Shown here: positions 9,915 through 19,562 of the stretch, piece after piece
How positions within the stretch are numbered: the stretch's first letter is position 1
Layout: every line of letters begins with the position of its first letter
Notes under the pieces: model-generated
Told to the model about the DNA's origin: nothing
The model's input: the letters and a program-made list of their open reading frames with translations, nothing else
Database searches by the model: none
Translations under genes and position numbers: made by a program
Source: an uncultured delta proteobacterium
GTDB taxonomy: Bacteria; Desulfobacterota; Binatia; UBA9968
Reading direction: 5' to 3'
Length of the DNA: 64,000 nt
NCBI GenBank assembly: GCA_963727625.1
Contig: CAVSHR010000011.1
Location: 358,894 to 422,893, forward strand

Positions 9915-10967
9915 ATGGTTCAAGAAGACAGCTTTGTCCTACGACTCTCGTGCCTAGACCGCTATCTCACGCTGTGGATTTTTCTGGCGATGGCGGCGGG
10001 GGTCATCAACGGCTTTTTGTTTCCGACCGCGGTCCATGGCCTGAGCGCGATGGTATCGGTTGGGACGACCAACGTACCGATCGCGATCGGCCTGATTTTG
10101 ATGATGTATCCGCCCTTGGCAAAGGTGCGTTATGAGGAAATGGGCGACGTGTTTCGCAACTGGAAAGTGCTCGGTGTGTCGCTGTTTCAGAACTGGGTGA
10201 TCGGTCCCGTGCTCATGTTCGCGCTGGCGATCATATTTTTGCGCGATTACCCGGAATATATGACCGGTCTCATTCTCATTGGCCTGGCGCGTTGCATTGC
10301 GATGGTTATCGTATGGAACGAACTCGCCAGGGGGGACAATGAATACGCCGCGGGCTTGGTGGCGTTCAACAGCGTGTTCCAGGTGCTGTTTTACAGCCTC
10401 TATGCCTGGGTGTTTATCACCGTACTGCCGACTTGGTTCGGTGTAAGCGCTTCGATCGTGAATATCACCATCGGGGCGATCGCCCAAAGCGTGTTCATCT
10501 ACCTGGGAATCCCGTTCATTGCGGGTTTTCTGACCCGCTTCTTTCTCGTTCGCCTGAAAGGTAAGGATTGGTACCAATCGGCTTTTGTTCCGAAAATCAG
10601 CCCGCTGACGCTGGTTGCATTACTTTTTACCATCATCGTCATGTTCAGCCTCAAAGGCGAGCTGATAGTGCAACTGCCGATGGACGTCTTGCGGATTGCG
10701 ATACCGCTTCTGGTGTATTTTATCCTGATGTTCCTGATTTCTTTCTTCATGGGGCACAGCATTGGCGCGGATTACAGTAAAACCGCCACCCTGGCCTTCA
10801 CGGCTGCGAGCAATAACTTCGAGCTGGCGATTGCCGTGGCCGTGGCGGTATTCGGCATCAACAGCGGCGCGGCATTCGCCGCCGTGATCGGGCCGCTCAT
10901 CGAGGTACCCGTCATGATCGGACTGGTGAACGTGGCGTTCTTCTTACAGAAACGATTTTTCGTTTGA
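9915..10967 (+). CDS. acr3: Arsenite efflux transporter Acr3
   Basis: [29 protein letters not shown] and GPLIEVP motifs. Confidence 0.95.
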   Translation: MVQEDSFVLRLSCLDRYLTLWIFLAMAAGVINGFLFPTAVHGLSAMVSVGTTNVPIAIGLILMMYPPLAKVRYEEMGDVFRNWKVLGVSLFQNWVIGPVLMFALAIIFLRDYPEYMTGLILIGLARCIAMVIVWNELARGDNEYAAGLVAFNSVFQVLFYSLYAWVFITVLPTWFGVSASIVNITIGAIAQSVFIYLGIPFIAGFLTRFFLVRLKGKDWYQSAFVPKISPLTLVALLFTIIVMFSLKGELIVQLPMDVLRIAIPLLVYFILMFLISFFMGHSIGADYSKTATLAFTAASNNFELAIAVAVAVFGINSGAAFAAVIGPLIEVPVMIGLVNVAFFLQKRFFV

Positions 10968-11139
10968 GCGGCTTTTTATGATCTTTCCGTGGTACATCGC
11001 GGCGATTCATTTCATAAACCTGGTTGTTTGAGCCTTCCCGATTGAAGAATCGGCCTTGATGCGCGCACTAGCGCGCGCCGCCGAAACGGAACTGGTGCGC
11101 GCTGGCAACTTTCCCGATATGTCTTTATAACGAATCGGT

Positions 11140-12393
11140 ATGTCCGAGTGGTTGTGGAATCTCGTGGGAGTGCGCGACGGCTCGCCGGAGTCTCGAAGGA
11201 AGTTGCGCGTGGTCGCGCTGCTCTATTTTATCCAGGGCGCGCCGGCGGCTATCTTGTGGGAAGTTTTGCCGGTTTACTTCCGCATCAACGGCGTGTCCTT
11301 GCGCGCCATCGGCGGGCTGCGCCTGCTGGAGCTGCCGTATTCGTTGAAAGTCTTTTGGTCGCCGCTGGTCCATCGCTACGGCGACCGGCGCTTTTGGGTG
11401 CTGGCCTGCATGCTCGGCATCGCCGCGGTGCTCTTCGCGTTGCCGTTTGTCAACGTCGCGGCAGTCGGCGTGATCGTGTTGTTGCTGATCCTGGCGTTGA
11501 CGACCTTGTCGGCGACGCAGGACATCGCCATCGATTCATACTCCGTGGGGTTGATCAGTCGCGCCGAAGAGGGCGCGGCCAACGGCGTGCGTGCGTCGGC
11601 CTATCGCGTCGCGCTGGTGTGCGCGGGCGGCGGCTTGGTTTTTCTCGCCGCCGTGCTCGAGTGGAATGCGCTATTCGTTTTGGCCGGTGCAGCCTTTACG
11701 CTTTTGGGCTTCGCCGTTTTGATGATCCCGCATCTGAGCCTGCCCGAAGAAGCCCGCGAGCATTGGCTGAAAGGTTTCGTCGGTTGGGCCGGCACGTGGC
11801 GCGTCGTGCCCTTGGTACTCTTCGTTCTAACTTATAAGCTCGGCGAGTTTGCCATTGGTCCGATGGTCAAACCGTTTTGGGTCGATTACGGCAAGTCGAT
11901 CTGGCCGATTCAAGATGATCTGATGTTTCAGATCGGTCTGTTTCCGACAACCGTCGGTATCGTGCTGAGCGTGGTTGGCGCCCTGGCCGGCGGCGCGTTC
12001 GTCTCGCGTTTCGGAATCTTTCACGGCGTGTGGTTTTTGGGTTTGCTGCAGGCGGTTTCGAATCTCGGATATTCGGTCGTCGAATGGTTCGATCTCGGTC
12101 GCTTCGGCCTCTACGGCGCGTCCATGTTCGAGTCGCTGAGCGGCGGCCTCGGCACGGCGGCGTTTCTCGCTTTCCTCATGAACGTTTGCGAGAAGGAAAA
12201 TGCCACGGTGCAATATGCGTTTCTCTCTTCGGTGTTTTCGCTGACCGGTCGGTTGGTGGGAGGGATCAGCGGGTTGGGGGCGGAAAAATTCGGCTACGGC
12301 AATTATTTCGCAATCACCTTTCTATTGTCGATGCCGGCCTATGTTCTTTTGCCCTGGATCAAGCGCTGGATTCACGAGGACGAAAAGAAATAG
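11140..12393 (+). CDS. AmpG-like MFS permease
   Basis: LYFIQG, PYSLKVFWSP, SATQDIAID and ATVQYAFLSS motifs of the AmpG/acetyl-CoA transporter family. Confidence 0.85.
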   Translation: MSEWLWNLVGVRDGSPESRRKLRVVALLYFIQGAPAAILWEVLPVYFRINGVSLRAIGGLRLLELPYSLKVFWSPLVHRYGDRRFWVLACMLGIAAVLFALPFVNVAAVGVIVLLLILALTTLSATQDIAIDSYSVGLISRAEEGAANGVRASAYRVALVCAGGGLVFLAAVLEWNALFVLAGAAFTLLGFAVLMIPHLSLPEEAREHWLKGFVGWAGTWRVVPLVLFVLTYKLGEFAIGPMVKPFWVDYGKSIWPIQDDLMFQIGLFPTTVGIVLSVVGALAGGAFVSRFGIFHGVWFLGLLQAVSNLGYSVVEWFDLGRFGLYGASMFESLSGGLGTAAFLAFLMNVCEKENATVQYAFLSSVFSLTGRLVGGISGLGAEKFGYGNYFAITFLLSMPAYVLLPWIKRWIHEDEKK

Positions 12394-12394
12394 A

Positions 12395-13369
12395 TTATTC
12401 GGCTCTTTTATTCTTAGGCTTTTGCGCACATTCGGCGAGCAAACGGCGCCATGCGCCGACCTCGCTCTTCGGTTGAACTAATTTCGCTAACCGACGGCAA
12501 TCGCGATGCAAGCGCCGATAGAAGCGATCATCGATTTCAGCTTTGAGAAGCAAAGTTTGCAGCTTCGCGGTATTGCCCAGCGGAAAATAACCTGGGTAAC
12601 GATCGCCGAGCGTACCGATCAACCCCGGAATTTTCGATGCGATGACCGGCACCCCGGAAGCCAGCGCCTCGGAAAGCACGTTGGAGCTTCCCTCCATCTT
12701 CGACGTGATGCAGACGATGCGGCTCGATGCCAAGGTCCGGCGGGTTAGAGCGTGGGATAGTTGGCCGAGCCAGCGATAGCGGCGATTGCGCTTGGCTTCG
12801 AGGCGAGCTCTTTTGCCGAGAGCTTGATCCAGCGCGAGACCGATATGGGTTACCCGAATGGCTGATGTTACGGGAAGTTTCCTAACGGCAATCGCCGCTC
12901 GCAACGGATCTTTTTCCTCGCGCAAATGGGCGATTACGCAGACGTCGAAAAACTTCTCGTTCTTGCGCTGTGGTTTTAAGGGTTCGGCCGACTGATAGAT
13001 TACGCGAGTCTTGCCGAGCAAGCGCCTCGGGAGCTCGCGCAGGGCCATGGATTGTAGCACGACCAACCTTGTCGCCAGATCGAGGGATCGTTTTGCCTCC
13101 CGGTCACGGTGAATGTCGCGGTAAAGATCGGTGCCGGTCAAGACGACGATCAAGGGCAATTCCGGATGGCTGACGTGAAATCGCCGGATCGAATCGTAGC
13201 TGCGCCGGGCATGCAAGGCGATCAGCATGTCGCAGGCGCGGCCGTCGTAGCTTTGCCTGACCCGGACGCTGTGGCCGAGTTTTTTCAGGATCGCTGCCCA
13301 ACGCAGGGCGGTAATCCGGTTGCCGTTGTTGATGCGCAGCGGCGCGGGAGTGACGAGTTGTATCTTCAC
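12395..13369 (-). CDS. senB: Selenosugar synthase SenB (TIGR04348-type glycosyltransferase)
   Basis: NNGNRITALRW, IALHARRS, LTGTDLY, HLREEKDP and MEGSSNV motifs; directly downstream of the EgtB-like gene. Confidence 0.88.
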   Translation of the reverse strand: MKIQLVTPAPLRINNGNRITALRWAAILKKLGHSVRVRQSYDGRACDMLIALHARRSYDSIRRFHVSHPELPLIVVLTGTDLYRDIHRDREAKRSLDLATRLVVLQSMALRELPRRLLGKTRVIYQSAEPLKPQRKNEKFFDVCVIAHLREEKDPLRAAIAVRKLPVTSAIRVTHIGLALDQALGKRARLEAKRNRRYRWLGQLSHALTRRTLASSRIVCITSKMEGSSNVLSEALASGVPVIASKIPGLIGTLGDRYPGYFPLGNTAKLQTLLLKAEIDDRFYRRLHRDCRRLAKLVQPKSEVGAWRRLLAECAQKPKNKRAE

Positions 13370-13379
13370 TATAAATTGA

Positions 13380-14804
13380 TTATTGAGCGCAGGTGCGAAA
13401 ACCGGCCCAGACGTCGTAGCGGTCCGGCGTGTAAAAATTTCTCCAGGTGTTGCGAATCAGTAAAGACGAGGTCGCCCAGCAACCGCCGCGTAAAACCCGA
13501 TGCGTGCCGAACCAAGGTTTCGAGTATTCCTTGTAGGGGTCGATGGTAAATCCCGGATAGGCCTGAAAACTATCCACGGTCCACTCCCAGACGTTGCCGA
13601 TCATCTGGCGGCAACCGAGGGCGCTGTCGCCGCTACTATAGGCGCCCACTGGGACGACGCCGCCGGCGCGCCAATCCAGATTCGCCTGCGCCGCATTCGG
13701 CGCGATATCCCCCCAAGGAAAATAGCGCCGTTGCGAATGGCCCTCGGAACTCGGCTCCAGCGCTGCCGCGGCTTCCCATTCCGCCTCGCTGGGCAAGCGG
13801 CGCTCGGCCCAGCGGCAATAGGCTTCGGCTTCGTGCCAGCTCACATGCACGACGGGCAAATTTTCATTTAACGGTAGCTCTTGGTTATAAATTCGTTGCA
13901 GCCAACGGCCATCGACCTGGCGCCGCCAATAAACCGGGTGTTCAAGCGCCTTTTTAATCAGCTCTGCCGGAGCCGTTTCATCGATCGGCCTGTTGAAAAA
14001 ATTTGCAAATGATTTTTCCAGTTGCGGGGCGCCGCCGGTTTGGCGCCAATGCCAGCCTTCGGCGCTCCAATATTCCGGTTTGCGGTAGCCGCCCGCTTCG
14101 ACGAAGCCGAGGAACTCGCCGTTGGTGACCGGCGCGCGGGCGATTTTGAAAGTCGTCACCTCGACCGGATGAGCCCACTTCTCGTTGTCGAAAACAAAGG
14201 GAAAAGCCGGTGTGGCGCCGATTTGATAAGCTCCGCCGGGAATTTCCACGTCGCCCGAGCAAAGATCGGCATCGCTCGGTGTCGCGGAACTCGCGTTGAT
14301 AAAATTGGGTGGCGCGTAGGCGAGCGTCTGGCGCGTGTAGGCGAGCGCTTCGGCATGCATGCCTTCATGGAACAGGGCGAGCAAGTAAAAGTAAAATTCA
14401 TCGGCCGATAGTTCTACCGCGCCGTCAATATATTCCGCGGTGCGCTCGAAGACATCGTTCATATAAGCCAGTGTGCGCGCGCGCTCGGGCAGGAGCAGCT
14501 CCCAGCGGGTATCGTGGGCGACATCGGTCGAGTTATAGAGCTCGTCGCCATTTTTGAGCAGTGGTTTTTGCTTTTTTAGATGGCGCAGGATCCAGAACTC
14601 GGCGAACCAGGCGACGTGGCCGATTTCCCAGAGTGGTGGGTTGACCGTCGGCAAGCGCGGGCCGATCATTTGATGATCATCGAGATCGGCGACCAGAGCG
14701 AGCGTGCGGCCGCGAAACTCGCGCATTTGCGCGAGCACTGCGGCTGAATTGAAATTAGCCAAAGCGCCGCCAGGAACAGCGGCGCTGATCTGAGCCGTAG
14801 TCAT
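13380..14804 (-). CDS. senA: Selenoneine synthase SenA (EgtB-like DinB + FGE fold)
   Basis: NPPLWEIGHVAWF, HEGMH iron-binding motif, FDNEKWAH, GNVWEW and RNFY..AGFRTC; adjacent to senB. Confidence 0.88.
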   Translation of the reverse strand: MTTAQISAAVPGGALANFNSAAVLAQMREFRGRTLALVADLDDHQMIGPRLPTVNPPLWEIGHVAWFAEFWILRHLKKQKPLLKNGDELYNSTDVAHDTRWELLLPERARTLAYMNDVFERTAEYIDGAVELSADEFYFYLLALFHEGMHAEALAYTRQTLAYAPPNFINASSATPSDADLCSGDVEIPGGAYQIGATPAFPFVFDNEKWAHPVEVTTFKIARAPVTNGEFLGFVEAGGYRKPEYWSAEGWHWRQTGGAPQLEKSFANFFNRPIDETAPAELIKKALEHPVYWRRQVDGRWLQRIYNQELPLNENLPVVHVSWHEAEAYCRWAERRLPSEAEWEAAAALEPSSEGHSQRRYFPWGDIAPNAAQANLDWRAGGVVPVGAYSSGDSALGCRQMIGNVWEWTVDSFQAYPGFTIDPYKEYSKPWFGTHRVLRGGCWATSSLLIRNTWRNFYTPDRYDVWAGFRTCAQ

Positions 14805-14848
14805 AATCGATAGGGTCGCCGAATTGAAGGAAGTGAAGCACTCCACTG

Positions 14849-15103
14849 CTAGCCGGGCAGAAAGGACGAAGCCAACCTGTGAAACTCAACCACGGCATCC
14901 CACTGGGCCAGGTGCTTGCAGTTGTCGACGATGTGAATGTCAAGCCAGGGATACTTCTCTTTCATGATCTTTGCCCGCTTGAACACATCGGCCGAAGAGC
15001 CGAGCGATGCGCCATGCAGGCACATCGCGACCGGTCTGGAGCGGTCTTCGAGGAAGCGGGTCCTGAGAGCGTCGACCCGGACGAATTTATCTTGATAGGC
15101 CAT
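14849..15103 (-). pseudogene. Alpha/beta hydrolase remnant (N- and C-termini fused)
   Basis: LHGASLGSSADVF joined to HIVDNCKHLAQWD; paralog of 16620-17480 lacking about 200 aa. Confidence 0.8.
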
Positions 15104-15165
15104 GGCAACTCTCCTAATTCACTGTACGGCATTATGCCTATTGATTTAACTCATATCTCTCCGCA

Positions 15166-16320
15166 TCACAAACCCGAAGTCCTTGGTTTGAGGGTCTTTT
15201 CGATAGCCGTGATCCAAGGTGCCAATTCTCTCGCCCATTTTTCGCGGCGATGCTTGCCGATGTAGGCGAGCGCAGCCTTCAAGTGGCGAACTTCGGTTGA
15301 TGTCAGTCGCAATGGCTGTTTACGCTTCTTAGCCGCCATGCTGGCTTCGGAGTAGTCCCGGAACGCGCGCCAGTGAGATAATGCCTGGGCGGTAAAGCGC
15401 TGGCGGACGATCTTTGTCCAGGCCGACTCCGCTCGGTATTTGGCTGGCGCCCGGGCGTAATCGAAGCAAGTCGCTAATGGTAAGAAGCTCAACTCTTCCT
15501 GGAGCAACGGATTGTTAAGATAGCCATAGACACACTCCGGCAAGCGCGGGTCGCGTCCCGTCAGTGGCGCGAGATGCAACTCGTCGCTCATGGACAGATC
15601 GTTTACCGGATAATTGTCCCATAGCAGCAGGGGGCGCTCGATCTTTTTGACGATGCGCTTCACATGAGAGAGGGCGATGGTCTTTGAAACCACCGATGGC
15701 CCGGTCCAGAAGCAGGGGACGTCGGCCGGCAGGTAGCGCGCCAAAGTTTCGAGAAAGTTCAGCTCGAATTTGCCGAAGACCCGTTCGAGCAGCGCATCTT
15801 CGCTGTAATACGAAGGACAAATCCACCACTCGACAGCGCTCCAGCTCGTCGGCTGGGCGGCAATGATCTTTGCCAGCCAAGTCCCTTCGGCGCGGGCCAG
15901 ACTATTCTTGAAGGCGCGCCGGTCGCGCGCGTCGCTCAAGCGCGAAGGAATATCGTCGAACAGCACGGCGAAGGTGCGCACGCCGGCATCGTAGAAGCGC
16001 TGCGCTTTGCGGAGAAGGATGCGAACGGCGCGATCGTCGCCAAAGTACAAACCCTCGCCGGGATGAAAACCGTAGACGAAATCGATTTGCTGCTTTTGTG
16101 CAGCTCTAATCAATCGCAGTAGCTCACGCCATTGCGCGGCGGGGTAAGGTCGTCGCCAAAGTTTACGGTGATAGGGATCGTCCTTGGGCGCATAGAGATA
16201 GGTGTTCATCCCGCGCGCCGCGCCGAATGCAAACAGCCGCCGCCGGTGCGCCATCGACCACGGCGCACCGAAGAAGCCTTCGACGATGCCGCGGCGCTTA
16301 AAAGTCCTGGCAGGATTCAT
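15166..16320 (-). CDS. GH84 beta-N-acetylglucosaminidase (O-GlcNAcase-like), no signal peptide
   Basis: GIVEGFFG, YLYAPKDDPYHR, catalytic FAVLFDDI, FWTG and WDNYPVND motifs. Confidence 0.9.
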   Translation of the reverse strand: MNPARTFKRRGIVEGFFGAPWSMAHRRRLFAFGAARGMNTYLYAPKDDPYHRKLWRRPYPAAQWRELLRLIRAAQKQQIDFVYGFHPGEGLYFGDDRAVRILLRKAQRFYDAGVRTFAVLFDDIPSRLSDARDRRAFKNSLARAEGTWLAKIIAAQPTSWSAVEWWICPSYYSEDALLERVFGKFELNFLETLARYLPADVPCFWTGPSVVSKTIALSHVKRIVKKIERPLLLWDNYPVNDLSMSDELHLAPLTGRDPRLPECVYGYLNNPLLQEELSFLPLATCFDYARAPAKYRAESAWTKIVRQRFTAQALSHWRAFRDYSEASMAAKKRKQPLRLTSTEVRHLKAALAYIGKHRREKWARELAPWITAIEKTLKPRTSGL

Positions 16321-16472
16321 GCCGGGCTAATTTCGCACAGCAGCGCTGGAGGAACAAGGTTTAGGTCATTAATCGTCGTGAGGTACGGAATAATTTAGCG
16401 AATTGGTAAGGGAGTATTAAGACCCGCTGTCCAAGAGTCATGTGAATAGAAACGAGGATTGCTTACGCGAGA

Positions 16473-16601
16473 TTGAAAGCGAATACGCTGTACCGCACGC
16501 TTTTGTCGAAAGAGAGTCCAGAGTTGAAGAATTTGCGGGCGGTACTCTGGGCGATGGGCATGCAGGTCACGGTCCATCCACTGGCGAAACATGGAGACTG
16601 A
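16473..16601 (+). pseudogene. C-terminal remnant of an addiction-module antidote HTH protein
   Basis: Manual translation LKANTLYRTLLSKESPELKNLRAVLWAMGMQVTVHP. Confidence 0.5.
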
Positions 16602-16619
16602 GTTAGGATGGGCAGCTCG

Positions 16620-17480
16620 CTAGCTCTTCAAAAACGGCACGCCCAGATGCATCAGGTCGTCGAAGGCATCCCAATGCACCATATGCTTGCAGCCGTTGAC
16701 AATGTGGAGGTTGAGCTGCGGTTGCTGTTTTTTCAGCAATTCGGCGCGTTCACCGGCGTGGGCGCGGTCTTCGCGGCCAAAGATCATCATGAGCGGCATC
16801 TTGAGCTCGGGGAGCCTCTCGCATAGCGGCTTGGCCGGCTTGCCAGCGCCAGCGGGGGCGTCGTGATTCTGCCGTTCCTGGTGCGCGATGAAATTGCGGC
16901 CAACCATGCGGCTGTGGCGCATGGCCACGTCTTCGTCCGAGATCAAGTCATGGTTGAAGGTGTCCGCCTGCAGGAGTTTGCGGGCATCCTCCAGCGTCGG
17001 TTCCTTTTGCGCCATCTCCTTGTCGACGCGCGCTTGGACCGCTTCGTACCTGCCGACCTGCGCTTCGGTCTGCAGCGGCAGCAGCGAGCCGGTGCCGAGA
17101 ATGATCACGTGCGAATAGTGGCTGGGGTCTTCCAAAGCCAGCTGGACCGCAAAGCCGCCCGAGCGTGAATGGGCGATCAGCGCGGTCTTGCCCAGGCCCG
17201 CGGCATCGATGAATTTCGGGATGGAGTTACGCTGCTGCGCGACACTTTGCTTGGCGGGTATATCGGAGAGGCCAAAACCGGGAAGGTCAAAGGAAACCGC
17301 GCGAAATCCGGCCTTGGCAAAAGGGCCGAGATTGCGCAGAAACACGTCCGCCGAGCTGCCCAGCGACGCACCGTGCAGAAACAACACCGACGATCCCGAG
17401 CCTTCTTCGATATAGCGAAGCTTCAGCCCATCGACGCTGACGAACTTGTCTTCCGGTTTGATTCTTTGCACGTCATTCAT
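16620..17480 (-). CDS. Alpha/beta fold hydrolase
   Basis: FLHG, DLPGFG, nucleophile elbow AHSRSG, catalytic His in CKHMVHWD. Confidence 0.9.
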   Translation of the reverse strand: MNDVQRIKPEDKFVSVDGLKLRYIEEGSGSSVLFLHGASLGSSADVFLRNLGPFAKAGFRAVSFDLPGFGLSDIPAKQSVAQQRNSIPKFIDAAGLGKTALIAHSRSGGFAVQLALEDPSHYSHVIILGTGSLLPLQTEAQVGRYEAVQARVDKEMAQKEPTLEDARKLLQADTFNHDLISDEDVAMRHSRMVGRNFIAHQERQNHDAPAGAGKPAKPLCERLPELKMPLMMIFGREDRAHAGERAELLKKQQPQLNLHIVNGCKHMVHWDAFDDLMHLGVPFLKS

Positions 17481-17744
17481 GACCTAGTCTCCTTCTGAGG
17501 CAGAATAATATTCAATCCGCTCACACGTTGCCTGCGGCGGGCGTTGGCCGCGCGATTCGAGTATATGGAAATCTGTACAGGAAATTTAAACAACCTTTGA
17601 TTATGACGAGAGCTATAACGCCGAACCAGTGACCTGTCAATGTGGTTAGAGCGCTCGGCGGGACGCCTTTCTTCTTCCTCCCCCGCCGACGCGGTGGAGA
17701 AAACCGGTAGGGGCTTGAACCCTGCGATTAACTCAGGGCAGGCT

Positions 17745-17797
17745 ATCGGAACGTTTTGAACATAGCGCAGCGATGGAACGGCTTGAACGCTTTGATC
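17745..17797. repeat. 9-bp-period TTGAAC repeat element, copy 1
   Basis: TCGGAACGT TTTGAACAT AGCGCAGCG ATGGAACGG CTTGAACGC. Confidence 0.75.
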
Positions 17798-17815
17798 TTA
17801 CTGTTGCCTATAAAA

Positions 17816-18160
17816 TCATTTGCCGTCGTCGATGCTGACGACGATGATAGCGTTGGCGATCAGCCAACCGTCGTCGCTTTTTTCATTGAGCACCTGCAAT
17901 CCGCCGTGAACGACGTTGACATGGCCGCCGCCGTGGGGCAGCGATTCCAATACCGCCTTCTTATCCACCGCTTCGGGCTTGGGCACGCCGATGGTGACCT
18001 CGACGTGCATGTCATCCGCGGTTTTGCCCACCAGCCGAGGAAATCCCAAACTGCTGTGATGAATGGCATCGAACACCGCCCGCTTGGCGGCATCGGTGTA
18101 ATTCAATCCGTGCACGTCCACTCCCATACCCATTTCTGTAACACACCGTACCAAAGCCAT
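17816..18160 (-). CDS. Lin0512 family protein
   Basis: EMGMGVDVHG, AAKRAVFDAIHH, V..GVPKP and LPHG motifs. Confidence 0.85.
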   Translation of the reverse strand: MALVRCVTEMGMGVDVHGLNYTDAAKRAVFDAIHHSSLGFPRLVGKTADDMHVEVTIGVPKPEAVDKKAVLESLPHGGGHVNVVHGGLQVLNEKSDDGWLIANAIIVVSIDDGK

Positions 18161-18312
18161 ACCTGTTCACCTCCATCTCCGAGTTCCAGTCGAATCGATT
18201 GCGGGTAGTCATTAGACAAGGGGAGAACTCCTCTGATCGAGAGCCCGAAGTTAGTTAATATCCCATAGCGCGAGCGATCGGCCATGCAACGGATCTCGCG
18301 GATATCCAGTTA

Positions 18313-19452
18313 CTATTTCAGAACTCCATTGAGAAATTTCAGCACCGGTTTCGAATCTCTGAAACCAATCACGCGGTAGTTCCGTCCGGCGATCCGCTTC
18401 GCCTCGGGAAGCACGTCGTCTTTGGGGATGTCGATCCGCATCGACTCGGAACCTTCTACAACGACTTTGTTCATGACTCTTTGCCAGACGATCTGCCCTT
18501 GGCGCGACAGGAACCAGTTGACGAAAACTTTCGCGGCGTTGGGATGCGGCGCCTTGTTCAAGAAGGCGATCACGCTGCTGCTCCCGCCGCCGATCTCGCT
18601 GACGCCCTCTTTCAAGCTTGCGGGATCGAGTTCATTGACGGGCAATCCCTGTTTGGCCGCGCGCTCGGTGTCGCGACAAGCAAAGCAGATTGGATATTTA
18701 CCGGAAGAGAGCCAGTCGGTTCCTTGCCGCCGGTTGGCCGAAATCATAACATCCGCTTCGGTGAACAGGCGCTTTAAGAATGCCGGCCCGATCTGCGGGT
18801 CATTGAAAAGCGACGTCGTGGCGTTCAGTCCTAGGCTACTCGACTTGGGATTCATGAACAGGATTTTGCCCTTCCATTTGGGCTGCAGGAGGTCCCAGTA
18901 GGATTTGATCTCACCGGGCTTGACCAGCTTCGTGTTGACGTAGATCGTGGGACCGCTCGAGACGGTGCCTTCGAACATAAAGAGATAGCGCCCTTCGGGA
19001 TCGGCATAGACATGTTTGTCCGTGTACCATGTCGAGATGTCTGTAACCTCCGGCAGCACGAGCAGCGGCGTGATCGGATCCAGGGCCTTGCCGAGATAAA
19101 GCACACGGTAAGGTGTGGTTGGGCCTCCGGCATAAAGATCGACGAGATATTTGTCCGCCCGCCGCTCAGCGACGATGCGAGCGCCCAACTCGCTGCCATG
19201 GCCGCCGGCCGTGGTTACTTTGATTTCCGGATACTCGGCGTTGAACGCCTTGATGATGTCAGGGTGAATAATTTCCTCTCCCCCGTAATTCACAAGCTGC
19301 CCTTCCTCTTTCGCTGCCTTAACGGTCTTGTCCCATTGGGCCTGCCAGGAAGAGTTGCCATCCGCCGCGTGAACCCACAGCGGAAAGAGAATCGTCAGGA
19401 GCAAAACCAACAAACTGCTCTTCATCGCCTTCTTGAGCGCAAAGCACCTCAT
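18313..19452 (-). CDS. ABC transporter substrate-binding protein (AfuA/PotD-like)
   Basis: Signal peptide, AAKEEG, RIVAERRADKY and APHPNAAKVFVNWFLSRQGQ. Confidence 0.85.
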   Translation of the reverse strand: MRCFALKKAMKSSLLVLLLTILFPLWVHAADGNSSWQAQWDKTVKAAKEEGQLVNYGGEEIIHPDIIKAFNAEYPEIKVTTAGGHGSELGARIVAERRADKYLVDLYAGGPTTPYRVLYLGKALDPITPLLVLPEVTDISTWYTDKHVYADPEGRYLFMFEGTVSSGPTIYVNTKLVKPGEIKSYWDLLQPKWKGKILFMNPKSSSLGLNATTSLFNDPQIGPAFLKRLFTEADVMISANRRQGTDWLSSGKYPICFACRDTERAAKQGLPVNELDPASLKEGVSEIGGGSSSVIAFLNKAPHPNAAKVFVNWFLSRQGQIVWQRVMNKVVVEGSESMRIDIPKDDVLPEAKRIAGRNYRVIGFRDSKPVLKFLNGVLK

Positions 19453-19562
19453 AAGAGAATTACCTCCCTTAAGCCCGCCATACTGCATACTTTTCCCGCC
19501 GTCAAGCAGGTTTTCGCTTTAGAGCAAAGGTGGAATTTTGCGCGCGTTCTCGCGCGTTTCTG

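Noticed and set aside
13380-14804. Canonical ergothioneine EgtB or ovothiol OvoA
   Set aside because: The gene is adjacent to a SenB-type glycosyltransferase, has HEGMH rather than HEQQH, and lacks a C-terminal methyltransferase domain.
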